From an uncultured Actinomycetes bacterium (GTDB taxonomy: Bacteria; Actinomycetota; Thermoleophilia; Solirubrobacterales; Solirubrobacteraceae): 64,000 nucleotides of DNA. This document shows positions 53,870 to 64,000 of the stretch, piece by piece; within the stretch, counting starts at the first letter, position 1, and each line of letters opens with the position of its first letter. Where the stretch lies: the NCBI GenBank assembly GCA_963797025.1, contig CAWCNU010000003.1, positions 255,255-319,254 of the forward strand, in the 5' to 3' direction. The notes beneath the pieces were generated by a model. It was given only the letters and a program-made list of their open reading frames with translations. It was not told where the DNA came from and ran no database searches. The position numbers were made by a program, and so were the translations under genes.

Positions 53870-55164
53870 GATGGGCGCCGCTCCATGACGAGCTCGACCT
53901 CGGTGCCGCCGCCCGGCGAGGCGTGGATCGCCGCGCGGCCGCCGTGGCGCTCCATGCGCCCGACGATCGACTCGCGGACGCCGCGGCGGTCGGGGGGCAC
54001 CGTGGCAGGGTCGAAGCCCGGCCCGCGGTCGCGGACGAAGACCTCGAGGCGCTCGGCGCCCGCCTCGGCGTAGACGGCCACGGGCGCGGTGTCGCCCGCG
54101 AACTTCGCGGCGTTGAGCATCGCCTCGCGGGCCGCAGCGACGAGCGCCTCGCCGTCGCGGTCCAGCGGCGCGTCGCCGACCGCGACGACGTCGACCGCGA
54201 CGCCGTGCGCCTGCTCGATCTCCTCGGCGGCGGCCTGCAGCGCCGCGGCGAGCCGCCGCTCGCCGTCGGCGTGCGGCGTCGCGCCGGTGAGCCACGAGCG
54301 CAGCTCGCGCTCCTGGCGGCGGGCGAGCGCCGCGACCTCGCGCGGGTCGCCGGCGCGCTTCTGCACGAGCGCGAGCGTCTGCAGGACCGAGTCGTGCAGG
54401 TGCGCGGCGACCTCCGCGCGCTCCTGCGAGCGGATGCGCTCGGCGCGCTCGAGCGACAGCGACGTCAGCAGGCGCACGAACCACGGCGCGAAGATCACGA
54501 CGAGCGCGATGACGACGACGAGCGCCGCGAGCGCGACGTCCGTGGCGGCGGCCAGCGCGCCCGTGATCTGCAGGAAGACGATCGCCGCCGCGACGACGAG
54601 CGTCACGCCGATGCCGATGCGCGAGATGACCGCCGGCCGCGACTCGCGCGTACCGAACGCCTGCGCCGCGGGCGAGTCGTCGTCCGCGACGGCGGCGGGG
54701 GCCGGCAGCTCGCCCGGTGCCGTGCGCCCGGTGGCGGACTGGCGCCAGATGAGCACGCCGCCGGCGGCGACGAGGATCAGCGGCCAGGTGATCGCGTCGG
54801 AGAACGGCAGCCCGAGCTGGCGGAATGCGAGCAGGATCGCCGTCAGGAGGAACCCGACGCCGAGCGCGATCTCGATCGCCGCGCGGCCCGTCCGGCCGAG
54901 GAGCCCGGCGATCGCGCCGGCGCGCGAGGTGGTCTCGTCGCCGACGGGCAGAAGCATCCACGCGAGCAGATAGGCGACGAGCCCGACGCCGCTCAGCAGC
55001 GTCGTCGCGGCGAAGCCGAGCCGCAGGATCAGGGGGTCGACGTCGAGATGGCGGCCGAGACCGGCGCAGACGCCGGCGAGCATCCCGTGCTCCGGGTCGC
55101 GTCGCAGCTCGCGGATCGGCGCCGCGCGGCGCGGGTGCGGGCTTGCCGCCATGTCGCCCATCAT
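53866..55164 (-). CDS. PspC-domain sensor histidine kinase (HisKA_3 type)
   Basis: N-terminal PspC motif ...RDPEHGMLAGVCAGLGRHLDVDPLILRLGF..., TM helices, H-box ...AAHLHDSVLQTL... and an ATPase domain ...FVRDRGPGF... The stop overlaps the regulator ATG. Confidence 0.85.
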   Translation of the reverse strand: MMGDMAASPHPRRAAPIRELRRDPEHGMLAGVCAGLGRHLDVDPLILRLGFAATTLLSGVGLVAYLLAWMLLPVGDETTSRAGAIAGLLGRTGRAAIEIALGVGFLLTAILLAFRQLGLPFSDAITWPLILVAAGGVLIWRQSATGRTAPGELPAPAAVADDDSPAAQAFGTRESRPAVISRIGIGVTLVVAAAIVFLQITGALAAATDVALAALVVVIALVVIFAPWFVRLLTSLSLERAERIRSQERAEVAAHLHDSVLQTLALVQKRAGDPREVAALARRQERELRSWLTGATPHADGERRLAAALQAAAEEIEQAHGVAVDVVAVGDAPLDRDGEALVAAAREAMLNAAKFAGDTAPVAVYAEAGAERLEVFVRDRGPGFDPATVPPDRRGVRESIVGRMERHGGRAAIHASPGGGTEVELVMERRPS

Positions 55165-55358
55165 CGCTCGCGGCGGCCGCGCGACAGGCCGCTGGCCAGC
55201 AGGACGGCCCCGATCGCGCCGAGCGCGATCGGGGCCATGGAGCCGAAGTCCAGCTGCAGCGTGCCGGCCTGGTCGAGGAGCAGGACCGTGCCGAGGACGA
55301 GCAGGACGAGCCCCGCCGTCAGCGACATCGCGTCCGGCGCCTTATCCGTTCGCCGCAC
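55161..55358 (-). CDS. Small two-TM membrane protein
   Basis: 65-aa ORF (or 55 aa from the ATG at 55328). The stop overlaps the kinase ATG (ATGA). Confidence 0.5.
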   Translation of the reverse strand: MRRTDKAPDAMSLTAGLVLLVLGTVLLLDQAGTLQLDFGSMAPIALGAIGAVLLASGLSRGRRER

Positions 55359-56496
55359 CCGTCCCCCCGGTCGAGGCCGTGGACGTCATGCAGGCGTCGT
55401 TGCGCTCGGGCACGGGCTCGAGGTCGATCCCCCGCCCGTGGAACTCGTGGCGGTCGAAGTCGCTGTGGCTGACCTCGAGGAACCCGAGGCCGACGTCGCC
55501 GTCGAGGACGAGCCGCGGCGTGCCCTTCGGCGCGCGGCGGTTGTCGTTCCAGTTCAGGTCGATGCCGCCACCGTCGCGGTCGAAGACCTCGACGGCGCCC
55601 ATGCCGATGGACGCGGTCGTCGCGACGCAGACGTCCTCGTCGACGAGCACGAGCGCGTGCCCGGTCCCGACGCCGATCTTCATCCGGTGATCGCCGGCCG
55701 GGAACTCGACGTCGCGCAGGTCGACGACGATCTCCCCGGCGCCGATGCGATAGCCCTCGCGGATCTCCTGAACCGTGGCCGGGTGCTCGGTGCGCTCGCC
55801 GAAGCCGCCGTCGAGGTCGATGTCGGCGGCGGAGACGAACGCCAGCGGCAGCGCGATCGCCATCGCCGGCAGCACGAGCCAGCGCGCGCCGCCGACGAAC
55901 GCCGCGCCGACGAGCGCCGCACCGGTCGCGAGGACGAGGCCGGCGACGACGACGCCGCCGCCGAGGCCGCTGGCGAGGAAGCTGCCGACGGCGAGCGCCG
56001 CGCACGCGACGAGCAGGCCGATGCCGATCGCGGCGCGGCGCAGGACGTCGCGAGGACCGCCGCTCGGGCGCTGGCCCGAGGCGAACCAGTAGACCGCGAG
56101 GCCCGCGAGCGCGAGGAAGGCGACCGGGAAGAGCGCGCCACCGAAGCCGAGGCCGCCGAAGAGGCCGAGGCTGAAGCCGACGACGACGAGCACGATCGCT
56201 GCACCCGCGACGATCATCCGGTCGCGGTCGCTGCGCGGCGTCGCCGCCACCTCCCCGTCGTTCGGGACGAGGAGGAGGGCGGCGGCGTACACGATGAGGC
56301 CGGTGCCGCCGAGCAGCGCCAGGGCGACGAAGCCGATGCGAACGAGCATCGAGTCGATGCCGAAGTAGCGGCCGAGGCCGCCGCAGACGCCGCCGATGAT
56401 GCGGTCGCTGCTCGAGCGCTCGAAGCGCCGCGGGGACGGCGGGGTGGGTGGGCCCGCGGGCGGTGGTGTCGGGGGAGTGTCGGGGGTGGTGGTCAT
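55342..56496 (-). CDS. PspC-domain membrane protein with a LiaF-like C-terminal beta domain
   Basis: ...RSSSDRIIGGVCGGLGRYFGIDSMLVRIGF..., multiple TM helices, and C-terminal ...GEIVVDLRDVEFPAGDHRMKIGVGTGHALVLV... Confidence 0.8.
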   Translation of the reverse strand: MTTTPDTPPTPPPAGPPTPPSPRRFERSSSDRIIGGVCGGLGRYFGIDSMLVRIGFVALALLGGTGLIVYAAALLLVPNDGEVAATPRSDRDRMIVAGAAIVLVVVGFSLGLFGGLGFGGALFPVAFLALAGLAVYWFASGQRPSGGPRDVLRRAAIGIGLLVACAALAVGSFLASGLGGGVVVAGLVLATGAALVGAAFVGGARWLVLPAMAIALPLAFVSAADIDLDGGFGERTEHPATVQEIREGYRIGAGEIVVDLRDVEFPAGDHRMKIGVGTGHALVLVDEDVCVATTASIGMGAVEVFDRDGGGIDLNWNDNRRAPKGTPRLVLDGDVGLGFLEVSHSDFDRHEFHGRGIDLEPVPERNDACMTSTASTGGTGAANG

Positions 56497-56573
56497 GCGC
56501 TGCAGTCTCGGCTCGCGGCGCCCCGCTGCCTATCGGGAATCTTCCCTAGGGGGCGACCCTAGACTGCCTCGGC

Positions 56574-57521
56574 GTGGCCGCCCACGACCTGCTCGAACGG
56601 GTGCGGGCGACGGGCCTGCTGGCGCCCGGCGCCCCCGTCGTCGTGCTGCTCTCCGGCGGCCGCGACTCCGTCTGCCTGCTCGACGTCGCCGCGCGGCTGG
56701 CGGGACCCCGGGCCGTCGTCGCGCTGCACGTGGACTACGGCCTGCGCAGCGAGTCCGCGCGGGACGCCGAGCACTGCCGGGCGCTGTGCGACCGGCTGGG
56801 CGTCGTCCTCGACGTTCGCGCGGCGGCGCGTCCCGGCGGCGCCGGCAACCTCCAGGCCTGGGCGCGCGACGTCCGCCTCGGCGCGGCCGCCGAGCTCGCG
56901 GCCGCGCGCGGCGCCGGCGTCGCCACCGGGCACACCGCCAGCGATCAGGCCGAGACGATCCTCTACCGGCTCGCGGCCTCGCCGGGCAGGCGCGCGCTGC
57001 TGGGGATGAGCGAGCGCGACGGTGTCATCGTCCGCCCGCTGCTGCGCGTGACCCGTGAGCAGACCGCGGCGCACTGCACGGCCCGCGGCCTGGCCTGGCG
57101 CGAGGACGCCTCCAACGAGGATCCCGCCTACGCGCGCAATCGCGCGCGCGCCGAGCTCGTGCCCGCGCTACGGGCGCTGCATCCGGCGGCGGAGCACAAC
57201 GTCGTGCGCACGGCCGAGCTCCTGCGCGAGGAGGCGGCCGTCCTCGACGAGGTCGTCGCGAGCGCGCTGGCCGGCCGCGACGAGATCGAGGTCGCGCAGC
57301 TCGCGGCGCTGGCACCCGCGCTCGCGCGGCTCGTCCTGCGCCGCCTCGCCGAAGACGTCGCGGGGCGCCTGTGCGCGCGCGCGCCGGGCCGGCTTGCCGA
57401 CGTGCTCGCGCTCGGCGACGGCGCGCTCGATCTCGGCGACGGCGCGCGTGCCGTCGTGGCGGACGGCGTGCTGCACGTCGAGCCGACGCCGGCGGGCCCG
57501 GCCGCACCAGCCCGGGCTTAG
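56574..57521 (+). CDS. tilS: tRNA(Ile)-lysidine synthase
   Basis: PP-loop VVLLSGGRDSVCL and ...ATGHTASDQAETILYRL... Confidence 0.9.
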   Translation: MAAHDLLERVRATGLLAPGAPVVVLLSGGRDSVCLLDVAARLAGPRAVVALHVDYGLRSESARDAEHCRALCDRLGVVLDVRAAARPGGAGNLQAWARDVRLGAAAELAAARGAGVATGHTASDQAETILYRLAASPGRRALLGMSERDGVIVRPLLRVTREQTAAHCTARGLAWREDASNEDPAYARNRARAELVPALRALHPAAEHNVVRTAELLREEAAVLDEVVASALAGRDEIEVAQLAALAPALARLVLRRLAEDVAGRLCARAPGRLADVLALGDGALDLGDGARAVVADGVLHVEPTPAGPAAPARA

Positions 57522-57533
57522 ACTCCCCGGCGG

Positions 57534-58067
57534 ATGCGCGACGCCGCCGTTGGAGAGATCCTCGTTCAGCCCGACGACCTCTCCCGTCGCGTCCGTGAGC
57601 TCGGGCGCCAGATCAGCGAGGACTATCGCGGGCGCGACCTCCTGCTCGTCGGGGTCCTCAAGGGGGCCGTGTTCTTCCTCTCCGACCTCATGCGCGACAT
57701 CGACGTCCCCTGCGAGGTCGACTTCATGGCGGTCGCGAGCTACGGCTCCTCGACGGACTCCTCGGGCGTCGTGCGGATCCTCAAGGACCTCGACGCCCCG
57801 CTCGAGGGCCGCCACGTGCTCATCGTCGAGGACATCGTCGACTCCGGGCTGACGCTCCAATACCTCCTGCGCAACCTCGGCGCCCGCAACCCGTCGTCGA
57901 TCGAGGTCTGCGCGCTGCTGACGAAGCCCGACCGCCGCAAGGTCCAGCTCGAGCCGCGCTACGTCGGCTTCGAGATCCCGAACCGCTTCGTCGTCGGATA
58001 CGGCCTCGATCACGAGGAGCGCTATCGCAATCTGCCGTACGTGGCGGTGCTCCGGCAACCCGCCTGA
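57534..58067 (+). CDS. hpt: Hypoxanthine-guanine phosphoribosyltransferase
   Basis: ...LLVGVLKGAVFFLSDLMR... with the PRPP loop VLIVEDIVDSGLTL. Confidence 0.95.
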   Translation: MRDAAVGEILVQPDDLSRRVRELGRQISEDYRGRDLLLVGVLKGAVFFLSDLMRDIDVPCEVDFMAVASYGSSTDSSGVVRILKDLDAPLEGRHVLIVEDIVDSGLTLQYLLRNLGARNPSSIEVCALLTKPDRRKVQLEPRYVGFEIPNRFVVGYGLDHEERYRNLPYVAVLRQPA

Positions 58068-58177
58068 CGGCGGCGAGCGGCGCTGCGCCGGGGCGCTCGC
58101 GCGGGCTGCACTATCGGCCAGGAGGGGGCATGTCCCCTGCTACGCTGGGCGTTCGTGACCGCCGGAGAGCCCACCCG

Positions 58178-60151
<1,974 letters not shown>

Positions 60152-60191
60152 TACGACATTCGGAGGGTTCGGCAGGCCGTACCCTCGATTT

Positions 60192-60205
60192 GGGGGTCTG
60201 CCCCC
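60192..60205 (+). terminator. Short GC hairpin GGGGG-TCTG-CCCCC flanked by T residues, downstream of ftsH
   Basis: Read directly. It is preceded by a second hairpin, GAGGGT...ACCCTC (60163-60186). Confidence 0.3.
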
Positions 60206-60261
60206 TATCGCGGCCGGTCGCGAGCGGAGAGGATCGGCGACACCCGATGCAAGGAGTCGCC

Positions 60262-60822
60262 ATGAAGAAGTCACGCTTTCTCGCGACCGCCACGGTTGGC
60301 CTCGCCCTCCTGGCGGCGCCCGCGGTTGCCGCTGCAGACGAGCTCATCGACGTGCAGGACCGCTGCGACCCGACGACGTTCGACGCCGCCCTCGGTGACG
60401 GCGCCTGCGCACCCCTGCCCGGCGGCAGCGGCGGCCAGGTGACGTTCGACGAGCTCATCGGATCCCTCATCACGAACCAGGAGAACGGCGCCTGGCGCTT
60501 CAAGGACGACGACGTCAAGCTGCGCCGCGGCCAGTCGCTGAAGGTCGTCATGTCGCGCGGCGGCGAGGGCCACACGGTCACCGAGGTCCCGAGCTTCGGC
60601 CTCGGCTGCGTGCCCGAGCTCAACGCGCTCGTGTTCCCGGGCCAGGACCCGACGGCCTTCCCGGAGGTCTGCAACGACCCCGCAGTGTTCACGCCGGGGA
60701 TCTTCGGCGGCGACCTCATCGCCCCCGGCCTGGACTTCGAGAAGACCGGGCTCTCCAAGGGCGTGCACCGCTTCATGTGCATGATCCACCCGTGGATGAA
60801 GACGAAGGTCAGCGTCCGTTAG
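60262..60822 (+). CDS. Secreted cupredoxin (amicyanin/plastocyanin-like type-1 copper protein)
   Basis: AAGGAG RBS. Signal peptide ...LLAAPAVAAA. Candidate ligands are His in GGEGHTVTEV and C-x2-H-x2-M in HRFMCMIHPWMKT. Confidence 0.75.
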   Translation: MKKSRFLATATVGLALLAAPAVAAADELIDVQDRCDPTTFDAALGDGACAPLPGGSGGQVTFDELIGSLITNQENGAWRFKDDDVKLRRGQSLKVVMSRGGEGHTVTEVPSFGLGCVPELNALVFPGQDPTAFPEVCNDPAVFTPGIFGGDLIAPGLDFEKTGLSKGVHRFMCMIHPWMKTKVSVR

Positions 60823-60897
60823 CGGACGCCTCAGCTCCGCCGTTTCGCGCGCCGCCTCCGGGCGGCGCGCGTCGTACTCTCGTCTAGCCTCACCCGC

Positions 60898-61737
60898 GTG
60901 CGTGCGCCCGCGATCCCGGACCCGGTCGTCATGGGCGTCGTGAACGTCACGCCGGACTCGTTCTCCGACGGCGGCCGCTGGCTGGACCCCGCGGCCGCGG
61001 CGGCCCACGGTCGCGAGCTCGCCGCGCAGGGCGCCGACATCCTCGACATCGGCGGCGAATCCACGCGGCCCGGCGCGCAGCCCGTGGACGCGGCGGAGGA
61101 GCTGCGCCGCGTCGTCCCGGTGCTCGTCGCGCTCGAGGGCGTCGGCGCGCGGCTGTCGATCGACACCTCCAAGGCGCTCGTCGCCGAGACCGCGCTGCGG
61201 GCCGGCGCGACGATCGTCAACGACGTCACCGCCCTCCGGGGCGATCCCGAGATGGCAGCGCTGCTCGCGGCGCACGACTGCGACGTCTGCCTCATGCACA
61301 TGCTCGGCGAGCCGCGCACGATGCAGCGCGACCCGCGCTACGGCGACGTCGTCGACGACGTCAGGGCCTGGCTCTCCGAGCGGCTGGAGTTCGCCGTCGC
61401 GCAGGGCATCGCCGAGGAGCGCGTGTGGCTGGACCCGGGGATCGGCTTCGGCAAGACGATGGCGCACAACCTCGAGCTCCTGCGGCGCCTGGACGAGCTC
61501 GTCGCGCTCGGCCGGCCGCTCGTCGTCGGGACCTCGCGCAAGTCGTTTCTCGGGACGATCACCGGGCGCGGCCCGCACGAGCGGGTACCCGCGACGATCG
61601 CGACGAACGTCCTCGCGCTCGCCGCCGGGGCGCGCGTCTTCCGCGTCCACGACGTCGCCGAGGCGCGCGATGCCCTCGACGTGGCGGCTGCTACGTTGCG
61701 CGGGCGATGGGCCCCGGAGACGACGACGACGCCCTAG
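60898..61737 (+). CDS. folP: Dihydropteroate synthase
   Basis: ...VMGVVNVTPDSFSDGG...ADILDIGGESTRPGA...SIDTSKA...NDV... Confidence 0.95.
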   Translation: MRAPAIPDPVVMGVVNVTPDSFSDGGRWLDPAAAAAHGRELAAQGADILDIGGESTRPGAQPVDAAEELRRVVPVLVALEGVGARLSIDTSKALVAETALRAGATIVNDVTALRGDPEMAALLAAHDCDVCLMHMLGEPRTMQRDPRYGDVVDDVRAWLSERLEFAVAQGIAEERVWLDPGIGFGKTMAHNLELLRRLDELVALGRPLVVGTSRKSFLGTITGRGPHERVPATIATNVLALAAGARVFRVHDVAEARDALDVAAATLRGRWAPETTTTP

Positions 61738-62150
61738 ACGACGACGCCTTCGACGACGACGACGACGCGATCAGGACCGTCGTCACGGTCGAGGTCAACG
61801 GCCTCTCGCTCTACACCCACCACGGCGTCACCGCCGCCGAGCGCGAGGTCGGCCAGCGGCTCATCCTCGACATCCGCCTCGAGCTCGGCGAGGCCGACGC
61901 GACGATCACCGACCGCGTCGAGGACACCGTCGACTACGGCCGCGTCTGCGAGGTCGCCGCGCTCGTCGCCACGCAGCGCTCCGACAAGACGCTCGAGCGC
62001 CTCTGCACCGCGATCGCCGACCGCCTCCTGCGCGACTTCGACGCCCAGGCGGTGTCCGTCAAGGCCGCCAAGCCCGAGCCGCCGATCCCGCTGCCCGTCG
62101 ACGACGTCTCCGTCGAGGTCTGGCGCGAGCTCGGCGACATCGACGAGTAG
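61707..62150 (+). CDS. folB: Dihydroneopterin aldolase with a 21-aa poly-acidic N-terminal extension
   Basis: ...VEVNGLSLYTHHGVTAAEREVGQRLILDIRL...VDYGRVCE... The ATG at 61707 is the only in-frame start upstream of the domain, and it overlaps folP by 31 nt. Confidence 0.85.
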   Translation: MGPGDDDDALDDDAFDDDDDAIRTVVTVEVNGLSLYTHHGVTAAEREVGQRLILDIRLELGEADATITDRVEDTVDYGRVCEVAALVATQRSDKTLERLCTAIADRLLRDFDAQAVSVKAAKPEPPIPLPVDDVSVEVWRELGDIDE

Positions 62151-62468
62151 TCGCAAGACCCGCGACGCGCTCGCGGCGGGATGTACCTGCGGCTTTGAGG
62201 AACAGACGAAGCGCGGGGGCACGCCGCGCGGTCGCCCCGGGGGTTTGGCATCAGACGGACGTATGTGGTCTCGCTCGGGCCAAACCCCGCGGGCGCGCAG
62301 CGGGCGAACCGGGCTCATGCCCTCGAAGAAGCCGGTCGCCGGCGTCGGCAGCACCCCGCCGGAGCAGCCACACGAGCGGACGCGCCCGCGAGCACGGCCG
62401 CCACAGCAGGGCGCGCGGCACGGGGCGCCATGATGCTCGCGGCTTCGCGCCCCGTCAAACTGCCGCGG

Positions 62469-63785
62469 ATGCGCATCGGCTACCTCGGGCTGGGCTCCAA
62501 CGTCGGCGACCGCCGCGCGAACCTCCAGGCGGCGGTCGACGCGCTGCCGGGCCACGGCGTCGAGGTGCTCGCGAGCTCCTCGACGTACGACACCGACCCC
62601 GTCGGCGAGATCCTCGACCAGCCGCAGTTCCTCAACGCGTGCCTGCGCGTGCGGACCGAGCTCGAGCCCGAGGCGCTGCTGGACGCGGCGAAGGTGATCG
62701 AGCGCGAACTCGGCCGGGTGGCGGGGCCGAAGGACGGTCCGCGGCCGATCGACGTCGACCTGCTGCTGCTCGGCGACGTCGAGCTCGCGAGCGACCGGCT
62801 GCGTCTGCCGCACGCGCAGGTGCTGTCGCGGCGCTTCGTCCTCATCCCGCTGCTCGAGCTCGACCTCGAGCTGAGAACCCCCGCGGGGGAACGCCTGGCC
62901 GACGCGCTGGCGGCGCTGCCGGTGTCCGAGGGCGTGCGCCGCGAGGGGCCGCCGCTGCAGATCCCTAACGTTCCGGTCATGAGCGCGGATTCGGGACACG
63001 GGGAGCGCGGCGCCGGCGCGTCGGAGGTCGAGGCCGGCCGGCGGCGCACGCCGGGCGAGGAGGCGCGCACGCTCGTCTCCGCGATGACGGTCGGCTACCT
63101 CGCGACGGTCAACGCCGACGGCGATCCGTGGTGCTCGCTCGTCGTCTTCGGCCCGACCGCCGAGGGCAACCCGGTGCTGCTCGTCTCGACGATGGCCGAG
63201 CACGGCCGCAACCTCATGGCAGATCCGCGCGCGAGCCTCGCGATCAGCGACCCGTCGGCTCCCGGCGACCCGCTCGACCGCCCGCGCATCACGCTCGCCG
63301 GGCGCGCCGTGCGGCCCGAGGGCGACGCCGCCGAGGCGGCGCTGGACGCCCACGTCGCAGCGGTCCCCGGCGCGCGGCTGTACGCCGGCTGGGACGACTT
63401 CTCGGTCTGGGTGCTGGAGGTGCAGCGCGTGCGCTGGGTCGGCGGCTTCGCGCAGATGGACACCGTCACCCACGACGACTACGTCGCGGCCGAGCCCGAT
63501 CCGACGGCGCCCGCGGCGGCGGCGAACGTCGTGAAGCTCAACAAGGAGTCGGCGGACGGGCTGCTCGCGATCGCCCGTGAGGTCGCCGGCGCGCGCGGGG
63601 CCGTGTCGGCGATCGCGACCGGCATCGACCGCTACGGGCTCGATCTCAGCGTCACGGGCGCCGGCCAGGCGGCCGCGGTGCGCGTGGCCTTCGAGCCGCG
63701 ACTGGAGTCGGTGCAGGAGATCCGCACGGCGACGCAGGAGCTCGTGCGGCGCGCCTACGCGGCGCAGGCGCGCGCTCAGGGCTGA
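62469..63785 (+). CDS. folK: HPPK (FolK) fused in frame to a HugZ-like pyridoxamine-5'-phosphate-oxidase-fold + DUF2470 module
   Basis: FolK segments: MRIGYLGLGSNVGDRRANL...YDTDPVG...QPQFLNACL...RPIDVDLLL...HAQVLSRRFVLIPLLEL. With no stop in between, the frame continues into ...ARTLVSAMTVGYLATVNADGDPWCSLVVFG...ITLAGRAV...VGGFAQM...IDRYGLDLSV... Confidence 0.75.
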   Translation: MRIGYLGLGSNVGDRRANLQAAVDALPGHGVEVLASSSTYDTDPVGEILDQPQFLNACLRVRTELEPEALLDAAKVIERELGRVAGPKDGPRPIDVDLLLLGDVELASDRLRLPHAQVLSRRFVLIPLLELDLELRTPAGERLADALAALPVSEGVRREGPPLQIPNVPVMSADSGHGERGAGASEVEAGRRRTPGEEARTLVSAMTVGYLATVNADGDPWCSLVVFGPTAEGNPVLLVSTMAEHGRNLMADPRASLAISDPSAPGDPLDRPRITLAGRAVRPEGDAAEAALDAHVAAVPGARLYAGWDDFSVWVLEVQRVRWVGGFAQMDTVTHDDYVAAEPDPTAPAAAANVVKLNKESADGLLAIAREVAGARGAVSAIATGIDRYGLDLSVTGAGQAAAVRVAFEPRLESVQEIRTATQELVRRAYAAQARAQG

Positions 63786-64000
63786 AGCGAGGCCAGCGCT
63801 CCGGCCGGGACGTCGCCCGGGTAGTCCGGGAAGTGCCGCCGCGCGAGCGCCTCACTCGGCCGGCCCGCGATGAGCGGCTGCAGGTCGCGGACGGTCAGCA
63901 GGAAGCGCAACGACGAGCCGATCTGCAGATCCGCCGCGTTGGCGGCCGCGCCGCCGAGGACCCCGCTCGCGATCCAGTCGTCGACCATGTCGAGGTGGCC
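63776..64000 (-). CDS. C-terminal part of a glutathione S-transferase-like protein (5' end beyond the window or at 63988)
   Basis: The tail ...AANAADLQIGSSLRFLLTVRDLQPLIAGRPSEALARRHFPDYPG... resembles actinobacterial GST-like C-termini as I recall them. This is weak evidence. Confidence 0.35.
   Translation of the reverse strand, partial: GHLDMVDDWIASGVLGGAAANAADLQIGSSLRFLLTVRDLQPLIAGRPSEALARRHFPDYPGDVPAGALASLQP

Noticed and set aside
62245-62433. The 62-aa ORF, and the in-frame N-terminal extension of folK from 62265, in the folB-folK spacer.
   Set aside because: Their compositions (Arg/Pro/Gly/Ala-rich, no hydrophobic core, no RBS) look non-coding, and FolK homology begins at the ATG at 62469.

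Overview
This is a very GC-rich chromosomal segment (roughly 70% by eye, not computed). Its gene content and synteny look like Actinomycetota: qcrCAB with a diheme cytochrome c, and tilS-hpt-ftsH-folP-folB-folK. I call about 70 protein-coding genes, one decayed pseudogene, and a few hairpin and promoter candidates. I recognised no rRNA, tRNA, CRISPR array, transposase or integrase.

Blocks from left to right:
- NPPY methyltransferase, then a GCS2 ligase plus a heme-oxygenase-like di-iron enzyme.
- DUF485-actP acetate uptake.
- A cassette of four small single-pass membrane proteins.
- Two translationally coupled Ku paralogs.
- VOC, CDGSH and S1 protease genes.
- A MoxR/VWA (CoxD/CoxE-like) pair.
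- An 11.7-kb co-directional string: ctaC-ctaD-(4TM)-ctaG-qcrC-qcrA-qcrB followed by a three-subunit formate dehydrogenase. Its catalytic subunit contains an in-frame TGA followed by a SECIS-like hairpin, so it reads as selenocysteine.
- Exported and surface proteins, including a C5-epimerase-like gene.
- AKR, CAX and TerC genes.
- A 6-kb copper island with three YcnI/DUF1775 genes, a CopC-CopD fusion, two unknown exported proteins and three copies of an uncharacterised small membrane protein.
- A beta-oxidation block with PadR and Sir2.
- A three-domain peptidoglycan hydrolase.
- Phasin-like, PNP and SCP2 genes, then a MerR-adenylate cyclase fusion.
- A frameshifted yihY pseudogene.
- A PspC-type envelope-stress two-component module.
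- tilS-hpt-ftsH-cupredoxin-folP-folB-(318-nt spacer)-folK fused in frame to a HugZ-like domain.

The best candidates for something undescribed are:
- the copper island's small PRGGRL...RPPP protein family, together with the rule that every exported protein there starts with His;
- the four-gene small-membrane-protein cassette next to the tandem Ku genes;
- the formate-to-oxygen respiratory gene string;
- the FolK-HugZ fusion.

All domain calls come from reading the translations and motifs. No database search was run.
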